Assembly (NCBI RefSeq): GCF_038025025.1
Contig: NW_027117340.1
Span: 868,001-932,000 of the forward strand
DNA from: Phyllosticta citribraziliensis
Taxonomy: Eukaryota
Length of the DNA stretch: 64,000 nucleotides
Direction of reading: 5' to 3'
In this document: in pieces, positions 12,043-25,144 of the stretch
How the letters are laid out: each line of letters starts with the position of its first letter
Position numbering within the stretch: the first letter of the stretch is position 1
Notes under the pieces: generated by a model
Told to the model about the DNA's origin: nothing
Seen by the model: only the letters and a program-made list of their open reading frames with translations
Databases searched by the model: none
Translations under genes and position numbers: made by a program

Positions 12043-14838
12043 ATGGATTCATACGGGTATGTGCTTTTGCCGGAATGTCCAACGACAAGCACGCATGCTT
12101 ATCGTTCTTTCTCTTGGCACAGCACCACTGACAGGGGCGAAACCAGTCGCGACGACAGGTCTGCTACGGATTCTTATCGGAGGAGATCTCCTGGTGAGCT
12201 GCTAACCCTGACCCTTCATTTCCCCTGCGCTGCGTGGCATCTAACCTTGGGTTGGCAGGTGTTTCAGAGCGGCGACCGCGGTCAGGACGGGAAAGATCTC
12301 GTTCCCCCAAAGTCATCGACAGATATCAGCCCGACAGACCGCCTCGAGACGACTACTACCGCGGCCGCGAAGAACACTCGCGACGAAGGTCTCCGCCGCC
12401 TGTGCAAGCAGGTATCGACCGATACGTCCCTGGTCAAGAGCCGGCACCTGGTCCAATGGCAAACCCACTCCCAAACCCCTTGACGCTGGACTATCAGGTT
12501 GGCTTCAACTGGTTCGCTGAATGGTGGCGCATGGATCAAATGGTCAAGGAAGAGAAAGAGCGACAGGCAAACGGCGGCCGTCGACCGGACCGCATCAAGG
12601 GCGAACGCGAGGGCAGGGAAGAGCGCGCACAAGAGAGAGAGAAGATACAGGCAGCGTACGACTTGTACAAGGAGAAGCTTCAAGTCCAAATGGCGCGCAC
12701 CTTTGTGCAACAACACAAAGGAGAGGAGTGGTTCAAGGAACGTTACGACCCCGAGGCCCGCGCGGCCTTTCGACAACACCTTAGCGAGTTTCGACACGGC
12801 CTCTTCAGTCGTTGGGAGCATGACCTGGAGTCTGGACTTTTCGATGAATTCACACTCGAAGGTATCTACAAGAGTGAGAGCAACGGTGCCGGTGGCGTTG
12901 TGGAGAAAGAGGAAGGAGAAACGACGGCCGCCAACGAGGTGCTCGGTGTCAGCGATCTTCTGCCCTGCAAAGGTGGAGACTTGCGGGACGACGCAGCATT
13001 GCAGCCCACGTTGCTGATCAAGACCATTGCCCCGACAGTCAGCAGATCGAAGATGGAAGCTTTTTGCAAAGAAAACCTGGGAGAGGGAGAGGGCGGATTC
13101 AGGTGGCTCAGTCTCAGTGACCCGAACCCAATCAAGAAATGCCATCGTATCGGGTGGGTCATTTTGAATCCCGCAACCGAGCAGTCAGTCAAAGATGAAC
13201 GAGGAGACGGCCGGGATGGAGAAGAAGAGGAAGGCGAGGAAGGCGATGGACTGCATTCGGACGGAGCACGGCCTGTGCCAAGTACAGCCGAGCGAGCACT
13301 CTCTGAAATCAACGGCAAGACAATCCAGGATGAAGTCCGAGGCGACTTCACCTGCCACGTTGGCGTCCATGAGCCCCCCGCGGCTCCGCGGAAAAAGGCA
13401 CTATGGGATCTTTTTTCAGCCCCCGAGAGAGTCGAGCGAGATTTGCAGCTTGCCATCCGCCTGGTTTCGAGGCTCGACGAGGAGTTGGGTGAAGGTCATG
13501 ATGGCATTGCGAGAATCGAGCAAAGGGTAGAAATCCTCCGGGGCAGCGGTGCCATGCAGCCAACGGTCTCGGCAGTAGCCAAGGAAGTCAAGAAAGAATC
13601 AGAGGAGCCGGAGGAAGGGGAGGACGTCAACATGGACGATGGCGAGGAAGGGTCTTACGACGAGGAAGCGGATGACGAGGAGCTCCTGGCGAAGAAGAAG
13701 AAACTGGACTTGCTCGTGGAATATCTCCGCCGAGTGTACAGCTTCTGCTTTTTCTGCGTCTTCGAAAGCGACTCTGTCCACGAGCTTACTCGCAAGTGCC
13801 CCGGAGGCCACCTTCGCCGGCCGCGGTCAAGCCTGACGAGTGCAGCCAAGATGGTGGCCAAAGCCAGCGCAGCCGGACAAGTCTTCCCGCTCAAGAAGCA
13901 CGAGGGCGCGGGCGAGGACGACGTGTCGGGGTCGCCGACGCAAGAGAGAAAGATGTTCAAGACTGGCGTCAAGGCCCAACAGCAACTCCAGAGGGCCTTC
14001 AACTGGGTCAAAACGTACGAGGATAAGCTCCTGCAGCTACTGGAACCGGAGAACATTGACATCCGAAAGCTTGGAGGCAAGCCGATCGAAGAAGCACTCG
14101 AAGACGAGCTCAACAAGCACGTCAAGCAAGAGGACGAGGCCAAGTTTCGATGCAAGGTGCCCGACTGTACGAAACTCTTCAAGGGACACAGCTTCTGGAG
14201 GAAGCATGTGGAGAAGAGGCATGAAGAGTTTTATGAAAAGGTCAAGTCAGAGGTGCGTGGCAAGATGCGTGCTCGAGATTTCGAGGTGGACAGAAGCTAA
14301 CGGGAGGCAGGTCGAGATGGTCAATCGCTACGTGTTGGACCCAGCGCACATAGCGCCGTCTCGCAGCGACGCCAACAGCAACGGACACTTTCCGCTGCAC
14401 AACAACGTGCCCACGGGGACGCCGCGAGGATTCAACCTGGCCACTATGCCGTTTGGGATTCCCGGCATGGCAGCCAACCCTGCAGCGCTGTCAGCGTTTT
14501 TCGGAGCGCAGGGAGTGTCGAATGGGTTCGGGCTTGGCGGGGAAGATGAACGGCACGGGACGGGCCCGATGCGGCGGGGCCAGAGCAGTCGGTACGGCAG
14601 CCGAATGGGTGGACCGTATGACCGGCAGCCCAAGGACGCGCGCAACATGCGCTGGAGCAACTCGGGACGCCTGACTCCGCCGCGAGGCACTACGAGCGGT
14701 CGCCCTGCGGCCGGAGGACGCTTCAGCGATGGAGGCGCAGGGGCCGTGGGGCCTCGAGAGGCTGTCCAGGGGCGTAGCCTGAAGAGCTACGAGGACTTGG
14801 ACGCGGCGGGCGGCAGTGTGGGCGAGCTGAACTATTGA
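12043..14838 (+). CDS. ars2: Arsenite-resistance protein 2 / SERRATE (Ars2) homolog
   Basis: FVQQHKGEEWFKERYDPE, LDLLVEYLRRVYSFCFFC, C2H2 finger CKVPDCTKLFKGHSFWRKHVEKRH and C-terminal RSLKSYEDLDA. Short 5' exons and an intron at ~14253-14310. Alternative ATG at 12034. Confidence 0.9.
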
Positions 14839-15679
14839 GAGGGAGGATTGGATGGATGGATGTCGACAATCAGGGGCGGTGGCAGTGGCAGTGGCAGTGG
14901 CAGTGGCAGTGATGCAGATTGAAGAATGGAACGAATGTCTTGACGACCATGATGCACGGCCAGAAAGCCCAGGCCTTTGTTCCGATCAGAAATAGTCTTG
15001 GTAGAGCCACAAGGAGCCCACTGCCCCGTCCGAGCCCAGACATCTGAGGCTTGGTACATGTAGCTACTGCGAGTTGAACAAGATCAAGTGATTTTTAGAA
15101 AGCAGTCCAGCGACGTTTGGTATGCGGGAGCAATCTTCAAGGACCCAAGAGTACACATAGGACCAGGTGCCACGACTTCTACAGAGCCGAGTGTAACAGG
15201 CTGTAGGCTGTGGGCTGTAGGCACGGTAAGGTACTGTATGTACCCAGCCACGGACACAGCCCGCCCGCCCGCAGTGCTCCCCGCGCCCTCTCGACGTGAC
15301 CCCTCCCTCCCGCTCCGCTGCCCTGCCCCCCTGCCCTGCCCGCCCGCTCACTCGCTCGCTTCCTCCTGCTTGTTCGTCGTCGTCGTCATTCCAAACGCGC
15401 GCGCATCCTTCGCTGCTCCCGGTCCGTCGTCATGCTGAGCTTCATCCATGTCCGCTACCTAAACAACCACTTGCTCCTCGACTCGTCTTCTGTTGCCTGC
15501 TGCCCTCCTCATCCCCACCCGCAGCCCAATTCCCCCTTCGCCTCTTGCCCGTGGCCGCCTCACACGTCGCCTGTCTCACGTCCCTAAACCCGCCGCGGCC
15601 CTGTATCCGTCTCCCTCTTCTCCATCCCGCCCCCCTCCCTCACTTCCTCTCTTGCGCAAACGACATCCCTCCCTCCACC

Positions 15680-18600
15680 ATGACCGTCAGCGCCAACTCT
15701 TCGTCCCACGATCGCCTCAGTCGGCGCGACACATCCGACGAAACTTTCTACGATGCGCCCGAGGACTCTGACCGCCCGCAACGCGACAAGCTCGAAAGAT
15801 CAATAACTTCGTCCAAGTTCTCGGCCATCTCTGTCCCGCCGCCAGGCTCCATCTTGACGGGCAAGCAGGAGCACTGTACGTCTCCCATGGCCCCCCCGCC
15901 TTCCTGGGCCCGCTTTAACAACCCTGACCTCAGATCTCAAGCGCGACCTCATTGCCCAGCAAACCCAATTCGAAATCTCCGAGCTATCCTCTCCAACCGC
16001 CCTGCAAAGATTCGGCGCCCCGTTCCGTTCTGATGCCGGCGAAGTCAAGCCCGAAGACTCGGAGCTTCCCCTCCTGCGCTACATTTTCGTTCACCATGTT
16101 CGCAATTTTCCCTTTCTCGACCAGGCGAGAGAAAAGGAATTCTGGCAGGACAAGTTACAAGTCGTACGTCAATCTCAACACCTTGCGCCTCAAGAGCGAC
16201 GTCGCTGACGCGGCCTCTTGGCTCGCAGTTTCTAGAGTCGTTTGCGAACAAGCACATTTCATCCTCGGAAGATCGACTGGAGGAGACAAAGCGCAAGAAG
16301 CTCGCTGTGAAAGCCCAAAAGCTGGTCGAGCTTATGATGGTCTCCGGGATTCCGACAGCTTCAGGTTATGAGGAAAGAATCCGCTTCTCTGAGATGGAGG
16401 TGGTGGACAGAGGCGCCAATGAGAACGGACTGGTGGTCAACAAGCCCGAAGGACATCCGATCAATGGTTGGGATGTCAATGTGGCTGGCGTTCGCACAAC
16501 TTCTGTCAAGCGTCATGTGCGCTACCACACTCACGCGGTAAGCCCTCACTCGCATTTGTCTTCCAAGCAGGTTTGTTTGACCAGCTGCTAACAAGTTGCT
16601 TGCCTCAACAGGAATACTTGCTTCGCGTGCAACGGCATGGAGAACCAGAGATACACGTTGGCCGGAAGTGGTCCGACTTTGCGAATCTGCACAAAAGGAT
16701 CAGACTTGAGTTGCCAGGCAAAGTATTGCCGCCACTTCCCCGTAGGAACAAGAAGAATTCATACTTCAGCCCCAACGCAGAGTACGCCGACGACGATGAA
16801 TCGCTTTCTTCTGTTTCCACTCAAGATACATCTGCATTTGGCCATGGAATCGACAATGGGACCGAGTCTGGTGGTGGCGGCGGTGGTGGCGGCGGCGGCG
16901 GCTTCAGAAGCTATCTACCAATACCCGGTGGCCATAGACGTAGCGCGTCAAGGGCATCAGTCGGGAGCTCCTCGTCCAGACGGGCTTCAGGCGAGGAGTC
17001 AAGAGTTCGAGAAAAGGTAGTCCTCTATCGCGAGGAGCAACGCGTGTCACTTCGGGCTTTCCTACGGACTTTCTTGAAGTATGAACAGATAGCGAACTCC
17101 AAGGCCATGGCGGAATTCCTGACCAAGGACCCCGTATCTCTGAACGAAGAGGAGATGGAAGACATTGAACGGCGCAAGTCCATGGACGAGAAGCGAGTTG
17201 AAGAGCAACGCAAGTTCTACGAAATCGCCAGGCAGAGAGCCGCCGAGCTCGATGTGCACATGGAAAAGTTCAGGCGCGAAATAGTCGAAGCAAGTGCGTA
17301 GATTCCCATCTATTGGTCGTCCAACCATGCTAACACGGCCATAGATGGATTGTCACACCTCTTCCAAGAAATCCGGGTTAAGAACAAGATTTCGGAGTTG
17401 AAGCCAGAGTACCAAAAGTTTGCCGAATGGTGTCGTATCGAGGTTGCTGCCACAATCTACCACCTCTTCCTAGCCGAGGACAATTCCCCAGACTTGTTTG
17501 CTCAGCTCAAGAGGATCCATTCGATGGTGCCGTACGGAGTTTTGAAGAACGTAATCCGCATAGCAAATCCGGCGGCGGTCATGAGCGGTGTGCTGGATCT
17601 GTTTCTTGCTCAACCATTTGGCGCCCGGTCCCTTCTTCAGCGCATTTTCGGAATGGCCATCAACGACGGCATCAGCAACGTGCAAAAGGCCATCGACAGT
17701 CTTGCAGCTACCAAGATCAAGGACGAAACGCTTGTCGACAAGATCAAAGCCTACACTGAAGCGGATGAGGACGTCAAGGAAATCATTCGCCAGGAGGCGC
17801 AGGACGATCAGGTGGACATTCTCGTCGTCATATTCCGATGCAATTACTTTGGTGCGGAGCTGTCTGAAGAGCAGATTGCCACGACGTTCAACGCATTCGT
17901 AGCGTGGAACAACGCCGTGGAGAACGTGGGTTTTGCACTTTGGATCGAAATCGAAAAGCGCTAACTTTGCTACGTAGGTCGACAAGGAGATGCGTCAAGG
18001 GGCAGAGCTCTTCGCCCATCTGAAGCAGCTTTTGAAGTTGTGCCTGCGCCAAAGGGACAAGAAGATGATGCTGCAGATCATCGAAGAGGTAAGCGTGGAA
18101 ACTTATCGCGAATTGGAGTTGTATTGACCCGGACAACAGCCCACGACCCTCCAATTGTTCCGCGATCTGTTCACTATATTCTACGAACCTCTGGTGCGCG
18201 TCTACAAGTCCGCAAACGTGTACAGCAGCATCACGGACTTTGCAATTTTTGTCGACGACATTATCCGGACCGTCTCAGCAGCCCAGCGAGCCGACATTTC
18301 GGCAGATCCTAACCAGACAGTCCAGGCATTCATCGACCTTTGCGCACGCCACGAGGACAACTTGTATAAATTCATCCACGAGGTTCACATTCACGACAAT
18401 GGCCTGTTCGACTCTCTAATGGGGTGGATAGAAGGCATTTTGGAGTTTCTCCGAAAGGGCCCATCGAGCGGACGCAAGCTAGACATGAACGCGCTGGTAG
18501 CAGGGGCGTTGGAGGCGGGAGTGATTGAAAAGACGGCAGCGATCAAGGAAATCAACTCTTTGATCAAATGGCAGGCAGCAAGAAAGAAGTGGCACTCGGA

Positions 18601-18985
18601 CAAGACGCGACAGAAGATGGCCCAGGGCGGCGACGAAGGGGGCGAAGTGATGATGGGCATGGGCATTGGGGGTTTCAAGAGCAGCGATTTTGGCCTGCAT
18701 GCGGTATGTTTTGGCCTTTTCATCCGCGACTGACAGCAGCGAGCTGACTTGACTGTACAGGACGACATTGAGGACCTCAACATCGACGCCGACGACTCCG
18801 AGACGTACTCGGATGAAGACTCGGATGAGGATGCTGACCCGATCATCGCGGAGCGCAAGCGGCGAGCGCGGCGGGCGGAGCAACTGAAGAGCAAGTCAGG
18901 GGAGCCACCGAAGCCACAAGTGGTCGAGCTCAGAAAGCTACATCCCGCGTTTCTCAACATGCTGAGATCAGTACTGGCCGAATAG
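15680..18985 (+). CDS. PX-domain protein (PXB-PX-DUF3818 type, yeast Ypr097w-like), multi-exon
   Basis: LTGKQEH/YLKR, PX core DFANLHKRIRLELPGKVLPPLPRRNK, REEQRVSLRAFLR, WCRIEVAATIYHLFLAEDNS, LFRDLFTIFYEPLVRVYKSANV. Several short GT-AG introns link the ORF pieces. Confidence 0.88.
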
Positions 18986-19373
18986 ACAGGGGGCTGGTAG
19001 ACGGGGGTGGCGCCGCACGTGCTTTCTACGTCGCCCTGTCGTAGATGATTGACGGGATGCGTTTTTGTTGGAACGCTTTGATTCACTATAGATGCGGCTA
19101 TAAAGACAACCAAGATCTTCGGTGGAGCTAGCTGCATTAAACGGCGAGAGGGTGCCTGCAACACACGGCAGTCGAGGCTTTTTCCTGTCCGTTGCATAGC
19201 CGCCCGGACGCGTAATATGGTAGGCAGCAGGCACTGGAGAACGCCGTCATATCCAGGCCATACAGTGCTGGCTGGTAGGCCTCCTATTTGGGAACCGCGC
19301 CGTCGCAAATTGAGTCCGCTACAAGTGTGAATCTTCCTGAAGAATATTTCCCGTGCACATGCCTTCCCGAGGC

Positions 19374-20153
19374 TTAGCCCATGGTCCTGAGGAAGTTGGC
19401 CTCCTTGATTGCCGCTCTCCTCTTTTGGCGCATCGCTTTTGTGAGTTCGTGTCTGGCCTTCTCTGCCTCCAAGTTGCCTTGAACAGAACCATCTCCAGTG
19501 GGCAGGTCGATGGTCTGCTCGTAGAGAGGCACCTTGGGCGCCAAAGATTCCGGGTTCAACAGGGCCTGCTTGCGCAAGGCCTTGGCAGCAGCTCGGCGCT
19601 GCTTTTTCGATTTAGCTGTTGTAAGATGGCTCGGTCAGCTGTGTTGGAGATTTGGCTATTGGGTCAATGGGCCGGCCAACTCACAGTACAAGTCGGACTC
19701 GAGATTCTCGGCGTCCTTCTTGCCCTCGGGCTTGAGGATCCGCCACAGCCAGGGCGGATACTCCGAGTCCTCCATGGCCACGGGGTCGGTCTTGCTCTTG
19801 AGGAAGTTCAGCCCCTTGAGCGCCGTGCCAGCCGGCACCGAGCTCTGCACCGTGACCACATCGGGAGACTTTTTGGGCGGCTTGACGCTCTCCGGGGGCG
19901 AGGGAGTGGCCGGCGTCGAGAAGGGCTGGGCGGCGGAGGTGGAGGTTGCGGAGGGAGTGTTTTGGCCGGAGCCAGGCGCGCCTTGCCTGGGTGCGGAAGC
20001 TGCTGCCGCCGCGGCGGCGTCGTGGAAGCGTGTGGAGGTGCTGAAGGTTGGTGCGCGCGTCGACACGGTGGACGTGGCTGTTGGCGCGGCGGAGAGGCGG
20101 TGGGCGCGCAGACTCGTGTTGGCGGTCCGGAAGAGGCAGCGGGAGCAGATCAT
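19374..20153 (-). CDS. MRPL37: Mitochondrial ribosomal protein mL54 (L37), 2 exons
   Basis: Arg/Ser-rich presequence, [34 protein letters not shown], and C-terminal [14 protein letters not shown]. Confidence 0.9.
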
Positions 20154-21540
20154 CGTGGGAGCTGGTTGGAGCTGTTACAGAGCGACCGTCAATGTTGATT
20201 GGATTGCAGATGGTGGATTCTGAGGCATCGTCCGGCGGTTGGTTCCATTCGGTTGGCAACCCAAGCCCGGTCAGTCGAATTTCGGTGGCCCGTGCAGACA
20301 AAGAAAGGACACGTGATCTAAATCTTATCTCGGACCTGAAGGCGGAAGATCTGATAACGGAGCCATCAGACGCAGGGCACGGGCAGCGATGGCATTCCAT
20401 GGTTGACGGGACGCTACCTGGCTGGACCCCGTCAATCCTAACGTCCATGTGGCTGACATTGTACCTATGTCATGCGCCAGCAGCACACCCAGTACTGTAA
20501 ACAGCCCTGGCAGTCATGGATAGATGGGATGGAGATGGGCTACTCGGCGAGGCCGATGGAATTGCAGCTGGAAATGGACATGGTTCCCGTCCGGTGGTTT
20601 AGTCAGTGATGGATTGCGGCTGAGGCAGACGCCCGGACGGGAGCAGGCAATAATGACACGACCCCGCTTGGAACGGGTGCAACAGTCTTCACGTTGGCGT
20701 CTTCAATCGAGCGAGCGAGCAAGCAAGCAAGCACACGTCAGCCCGAAGGCAACGCAAGGAAAAGCACATGGAGGCAGGCGTAGCACGAGGCGCGGATTGT
20801 CTGGCCAGGAACAGCGCCTCGAGCCCACGATAATGGGGACGCATGCGAGGTTGCGCAGGCTGATTGATTCGGTACCGAGAGGGCAGGCTGAGACGGGCAA
20901 CACGAGCGGCCATGTGATTGGCAGGCCATGGAGCGGAGGAGACGGACGGACCAAGGCAAACATGTGCGAGGCGGCGGCGGCGTGGGGGGAGAATTCAGAG
21001 AAGAGAGCGAGCGATGATGGTGATGGAGATGATGATGATGCTGCTGTTGTATGTGCCTCAGCTACATGTAGCCAGTGGTCGCAGTCTCCGGCTTCGCGGG
21101 CACGGACTCGGACCGTCGTCGTCCTCGTTAGGTCCCGTCGTCCCTCTTTTAATCCATCCCTCCACCCTCGCCTTCAGACGTCGAAAAACTCTCGTCCGTC
21201 GCCCAATCATCTCCCCAGAGCCAGAGCCAGGCCCAGGCCAACGACATGTAAGTAATGTACTCCATCCATCAATCCTCATGTCATGCACTGCCAGCACATC
21301 GCTCCAATCGCCGCCGCACCCGCCAGCATCCAGCCTCGCACACGCTGCCCACACTGCCCACACAGCCCACCCTCACCCACCACCACCTGTCCGGTCACCG
21401 TCATCCCTCTGCCATTCCTTCCTTCGCTTCAGCTAACAACCCAGCTTCAGCTCCCCCGCCTTCAAATACACATCCCATCCGTGCACTGCACTGCACTGCA
21501 CCGCACCGCGCACCGCACCGCCTCAGCGACAGCCGTTGGA

Positions 21541-21574
<34 letters not shown>

Positions 21575-22246
21575 GCTGCCGTTGATCAATCAAGCTCCAC
21601 CATCCCGACCGTCGCAGACTCTGCCACTTCTGCCTGACCCTGCTCTGTCCCCTCCCCTCCCCTCCCCTCCCCTCCCCTCCTCTCCCCTCGGCGCCGCTGG
21701 CTGCCACCCCGGATCTGCCGCCTCACCCTGACCGTGGCCGCCCAATTGACAACGCATCGCTTCTCGTGACGTGACTCAACCCGGCCGCTCCAGCCAGCGA
21801 CCTCGACGCAACCCCGATAACTAGCCTGCTCCCAACAAGGGACATCGACGCAAGCTCTCGACCCTCACCGACGGTCCGTTACCAAGTCAAACATTGTCGG
21901 CATCTGCTGTCGCGAGGTACGCGGCCCTTCTCGTCTTTGATTGGGCCCCCCGGGACTACGCGCTGACGGGCCTTCCCTTTACCCAGGTCTTCGCCACCAC
22001 CTGCACCTTGTCGACCCAGCCCACCGAGACCACCGACAGGCTCCTCCATTCGCGTCCCCATTCCTCGACAACCGCCCAGGCCCTCGCAATTCGTCCGCGC
22101 ACATATACCTGCCAGGTGCCTGTTTTTTCCGATCGCCAATCAGCCACCGCGCCAGCCAGTGGCGCGTCCGACGCGGTCGACCTCGTTCAACTTTCGCGCA
22201 TCACCACGCCTGTCGAGCCGCCGAGCTCCGCAAAACACCTACCCTG

Positions 22247-23371
22247 ATGATGGAGTACGCGCCGTACCAGCAGGCACACCACGCCGGCAGCCATGGTCAA
22301 TCGCATCTGCAAAACACGTACTCTGCCCCGCAGCAAGCCGCCGGTCCCGGCGCCATCACCTCGCCAAACCAACAGTCGCAAATGCACCCTCAGCACAACC
22401 AAACCTCGCCCATTCTGCCGTCGCAGACAAACCCATACTCGCAGCAAGGTACCGCGAATGCGACTGGTCATGGCGTGCAGCAGATTGGATACGCGTCGGG
22501 AGGCTATCCAGTGACGGGCATGCACCAGCAGTACATGTCGCCGACGCAGGCAGCAGCCATGGCCACGGCGGCCGCAGCCGGCCAGACGTATTATCCCCTG
22601 GGCGATGGAGGCATGCAAAACCAGCTCAGTCAAGATCCGCGAGGCTCGCCACGCATGGCTGGCACTCAAATCAAATCGGACCCTCGAGGCCCGCGCTCAC
22701 CGGCACAGGTCTCGAACAGCATGAGCGCACAACCCCCAATGCCTTCGCAGGTGCAGCTGTCGCGGCGCATGAGCCAGCAGCTTAGCAGCCCGGCCGTCCA
22801 GAACCCCCAACCAGCCGTAAACCACGCCGCTGCACGTCCTTCTGTGCCGCCGCAAATGACGCCGCAAGCGCCCCCAGTCCAGCAGCACCAGTCGTCGCCA
22901 GACCTCGTCTCGACCGGTGCAGACGAGGCGCCTCTGTACGTCAACGCAAAGCAGTTCCACCGCATCCTGAAGCGACGCATGGCAAGACAGAAGTTGGAAG
23001 AAGCTCTGCGCCTCACTTCTAAAGGTCGAAAGCCGTACCTCCACGAATCGCGCCACAACCATGCCATGCGCCGTCCTCGTGGCCCCGGCGGTCGATTCTT
23101 GACTGCCGACGAAGTGGCGGCCATGGAGAAGAATAGCAAGGCAGGCAATGGCGAATCAGAGAGTGGTGGTAACAAGGAAAATGCCGGTACGCCTGCCAAA
23201 TCTTTCCAGCCTGGACAAACTGGCTCGGCCAAGAGAAAAGCTGGTCCTAACTCTCAGTCGACTCCCTCGACTAAAAAGGTAAAAACTGAGGCTCGACCGG
23301 TCCTACACCCCAATACCAGCGACGACGCCAGCGAAGACGTGGACGAGGACGTGGACGACGACGAAGGTTGA
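22247..23371 (+). CDS. hapB: CCAAT-binding complex subunit HapB/Hap2 (NF-YA)
   Basis: PLYVNAKQFHRILKRRMARQKLE...KPYLHESRHNHAMRRPRGPGGRFLT, the CBF-B/NF-YA core domain. Confidence 0.95.
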   Translation: MMEYAPYQQAHHAGSHGQSHLQNTYSAPQQAAGPGAITSPNQQSQMHPQHNQTSPILPSQTNPYSQQGTANATGHGVQQIGYASGGYPVTGMHQQYMSPTQAAAMATAAAAGQTYYPLGDGGMQNQLSQDPRGSPRMAGTQIKSDPRGPRSPAQVSNSMSAQPPMPSQVQLSRRMSQQLSSPAVQNPQPAVNHAAARPSVPPQMTPQAPPVQQHQSSPDLVSTGADEAPLYVNAKQFHRILKRRMARQKLEEALRLTSKGRKPYLHESRHNHAMRRPRGPGGRFLTADEVAAMEKNSKAGNGESESGGNKENAGTPAKSFQPGQTGSAKRKAGPNSQSTPSTKKVKTEARPVLHPNTSDDASEDVDEDVDDDEG

Positions 23372-25144
23372 GGAGCCAGCCGTGTCACTGAGATGATCTC
23401 AGTGCATGGTTCTCCGGAGTTGGCGCGCCCCTTTTGTATACACGATACCACCCTCTCGTGTGCCGCCAGGCCCTGATACGAGACGCTGCGTTTCGTCCCC
23501 AAGGGCTTATCCGCAGTCCCATCGGCTCGCATTGCACATGCGTCCCTCCTGTGTCCCGGTTGTTTCAGTCACGAGTCACGACAAGCGAGCGTGTTTTTGT
23601 TTTCTCAGCGGTGTGAGACTTTGACTCCATGTGTCGACAGTGGTTTCCAGATTGAGCCGGGATTTCCATTCAGCAGCTTTGCTTCCTTTATTGCGCGTGC
23701 GCTTGATTTTCTACGATGACTTCTAAACCAGTCACTCACACTCGCTCCGACGGGTTATAGTTCGACTTGGTTCTCATTTCCATTTCCGATTGAGGTTTGG
23801 TGGCGGGGAGCAATGGAAGGAGAACTATCGTAGATGGGAGCTCCGTCACCGGAGGATATTGGAGACACCGGCGCCATCCCATATACCCCCTCATTTCGAT
23901 GTTGCTGCTGCTTTTTACAATCTCTCCTGCATTGCGTCGGGTTACGGGTTTTCACGGGTTGACGAACAAAGTTGACAGTTTCCCCTTTTCTCCTTGTTCC
24001 CTTAGCTCACCCAAGGAGTATGCCACGAGCACCATTGTGAGGTGTCCAGAGGGCCAGTGTACCTTTGCTACAGAGACAGAGTCCGCTTGGACATGTATAC
24101 AGTCAAGTATCAGTCGGTCTCTAGGAGAGGAATATTCCTTGTACTATAAAAGACCAGCGCAGAGGCAGACACGCCACTGACTCTGTCCAAAAATCCCATT
24201 CCACAAATTGAAACGAAACTTTGTAAACAGTCGGCCGCTCCCGCCTGTAAGATGCTCTGCGTGCTCAGTGAAGTCGTCTGCTGGTGACCTCACTTGCAGC
24301 AATGTTTCGAATTGAGAATTGGATCCACCAATGGGGGCTTGACCTCACCACAGCTCCTACCTTGTTACACGTGAATCAAAACCTCCGTGTCTCGCACAGT
24401 CTCAATGAGCACGTTGCCCAGCCATGCTCTCAAGAACGAAGCAAGAGGGAGGGGGGAAATGCGAGGCTTCGGACCCTTTTCCCATCCGAATGTCCATCTC
24501 CGCGCAGCTCATCTCCGAGCAAACAGCCAGCAACCCGCGCTGCCGGGCACCCAGGTGTCTTTGTTGTGTGTGCGTCGCCGGGGGACCAACAAAGTGAGCT
24601 TCCAAGGGCCGTCGTGGCGCCGCCATGCTGACCTCGTTCGGACGCCCTCGACGGCAACCCGGGTCATCTCACGCATGTCTCACTCCTTCCTCACAGCTGT
24701 GCCATAGCGGGCTGGGTATCCATCTGCACTCGCGACCTTTGCACACGGCACGGCATACGATGCGAACCAGAGGCAATGGCACAGAAAAGAGAAATGGCAC
24801 TATTTGCTTCCTCGAGCAGATGTGGATTGAGGTGGCTCGACGGTTCGATACCTTCGGGAGTGCCATGTATGGTGCTCGGGTTGCACGGCAGCCGGAAGCC
24901 CCCCTTGTGCTGCTGTGCGCACTCTGACCTCCTTCTCTCTCCAATATCGACAACAACAATCGTCGACCAGCGCGACGGTCCTCGTCATCAGAAACGCAGT
25001 GAATCCATTCGTAAGCAACGCTACTCAAGACAACCCGGCCAGTCGTTGCATTGTTTCCTTTCCGCCCCCCTGACAACGCCAACCCGGATGCTAAACAGAG
25101 ACACATTTTCCGACTTGCAGGCCGCACTAAACCTTGGTCCTCTT

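Noticed and set aside
12203..12216. CTAACCCTGACCC telomere-like word (also GGGTTAG at ~46920)
   Set aside because: Both coincide with CTAAC branch points of predicted introns in protein genes.
24140..24350. TATAAAAG followed by ACCAATGGGGGCTTGACCTC, reminiscent of an RNase MRP/P 3' motif
   Set aside because: No matching GAAAGUCCCC/GGAA.UC 5' motif to form P4 was found, so it cannot be supported without a covariance search.
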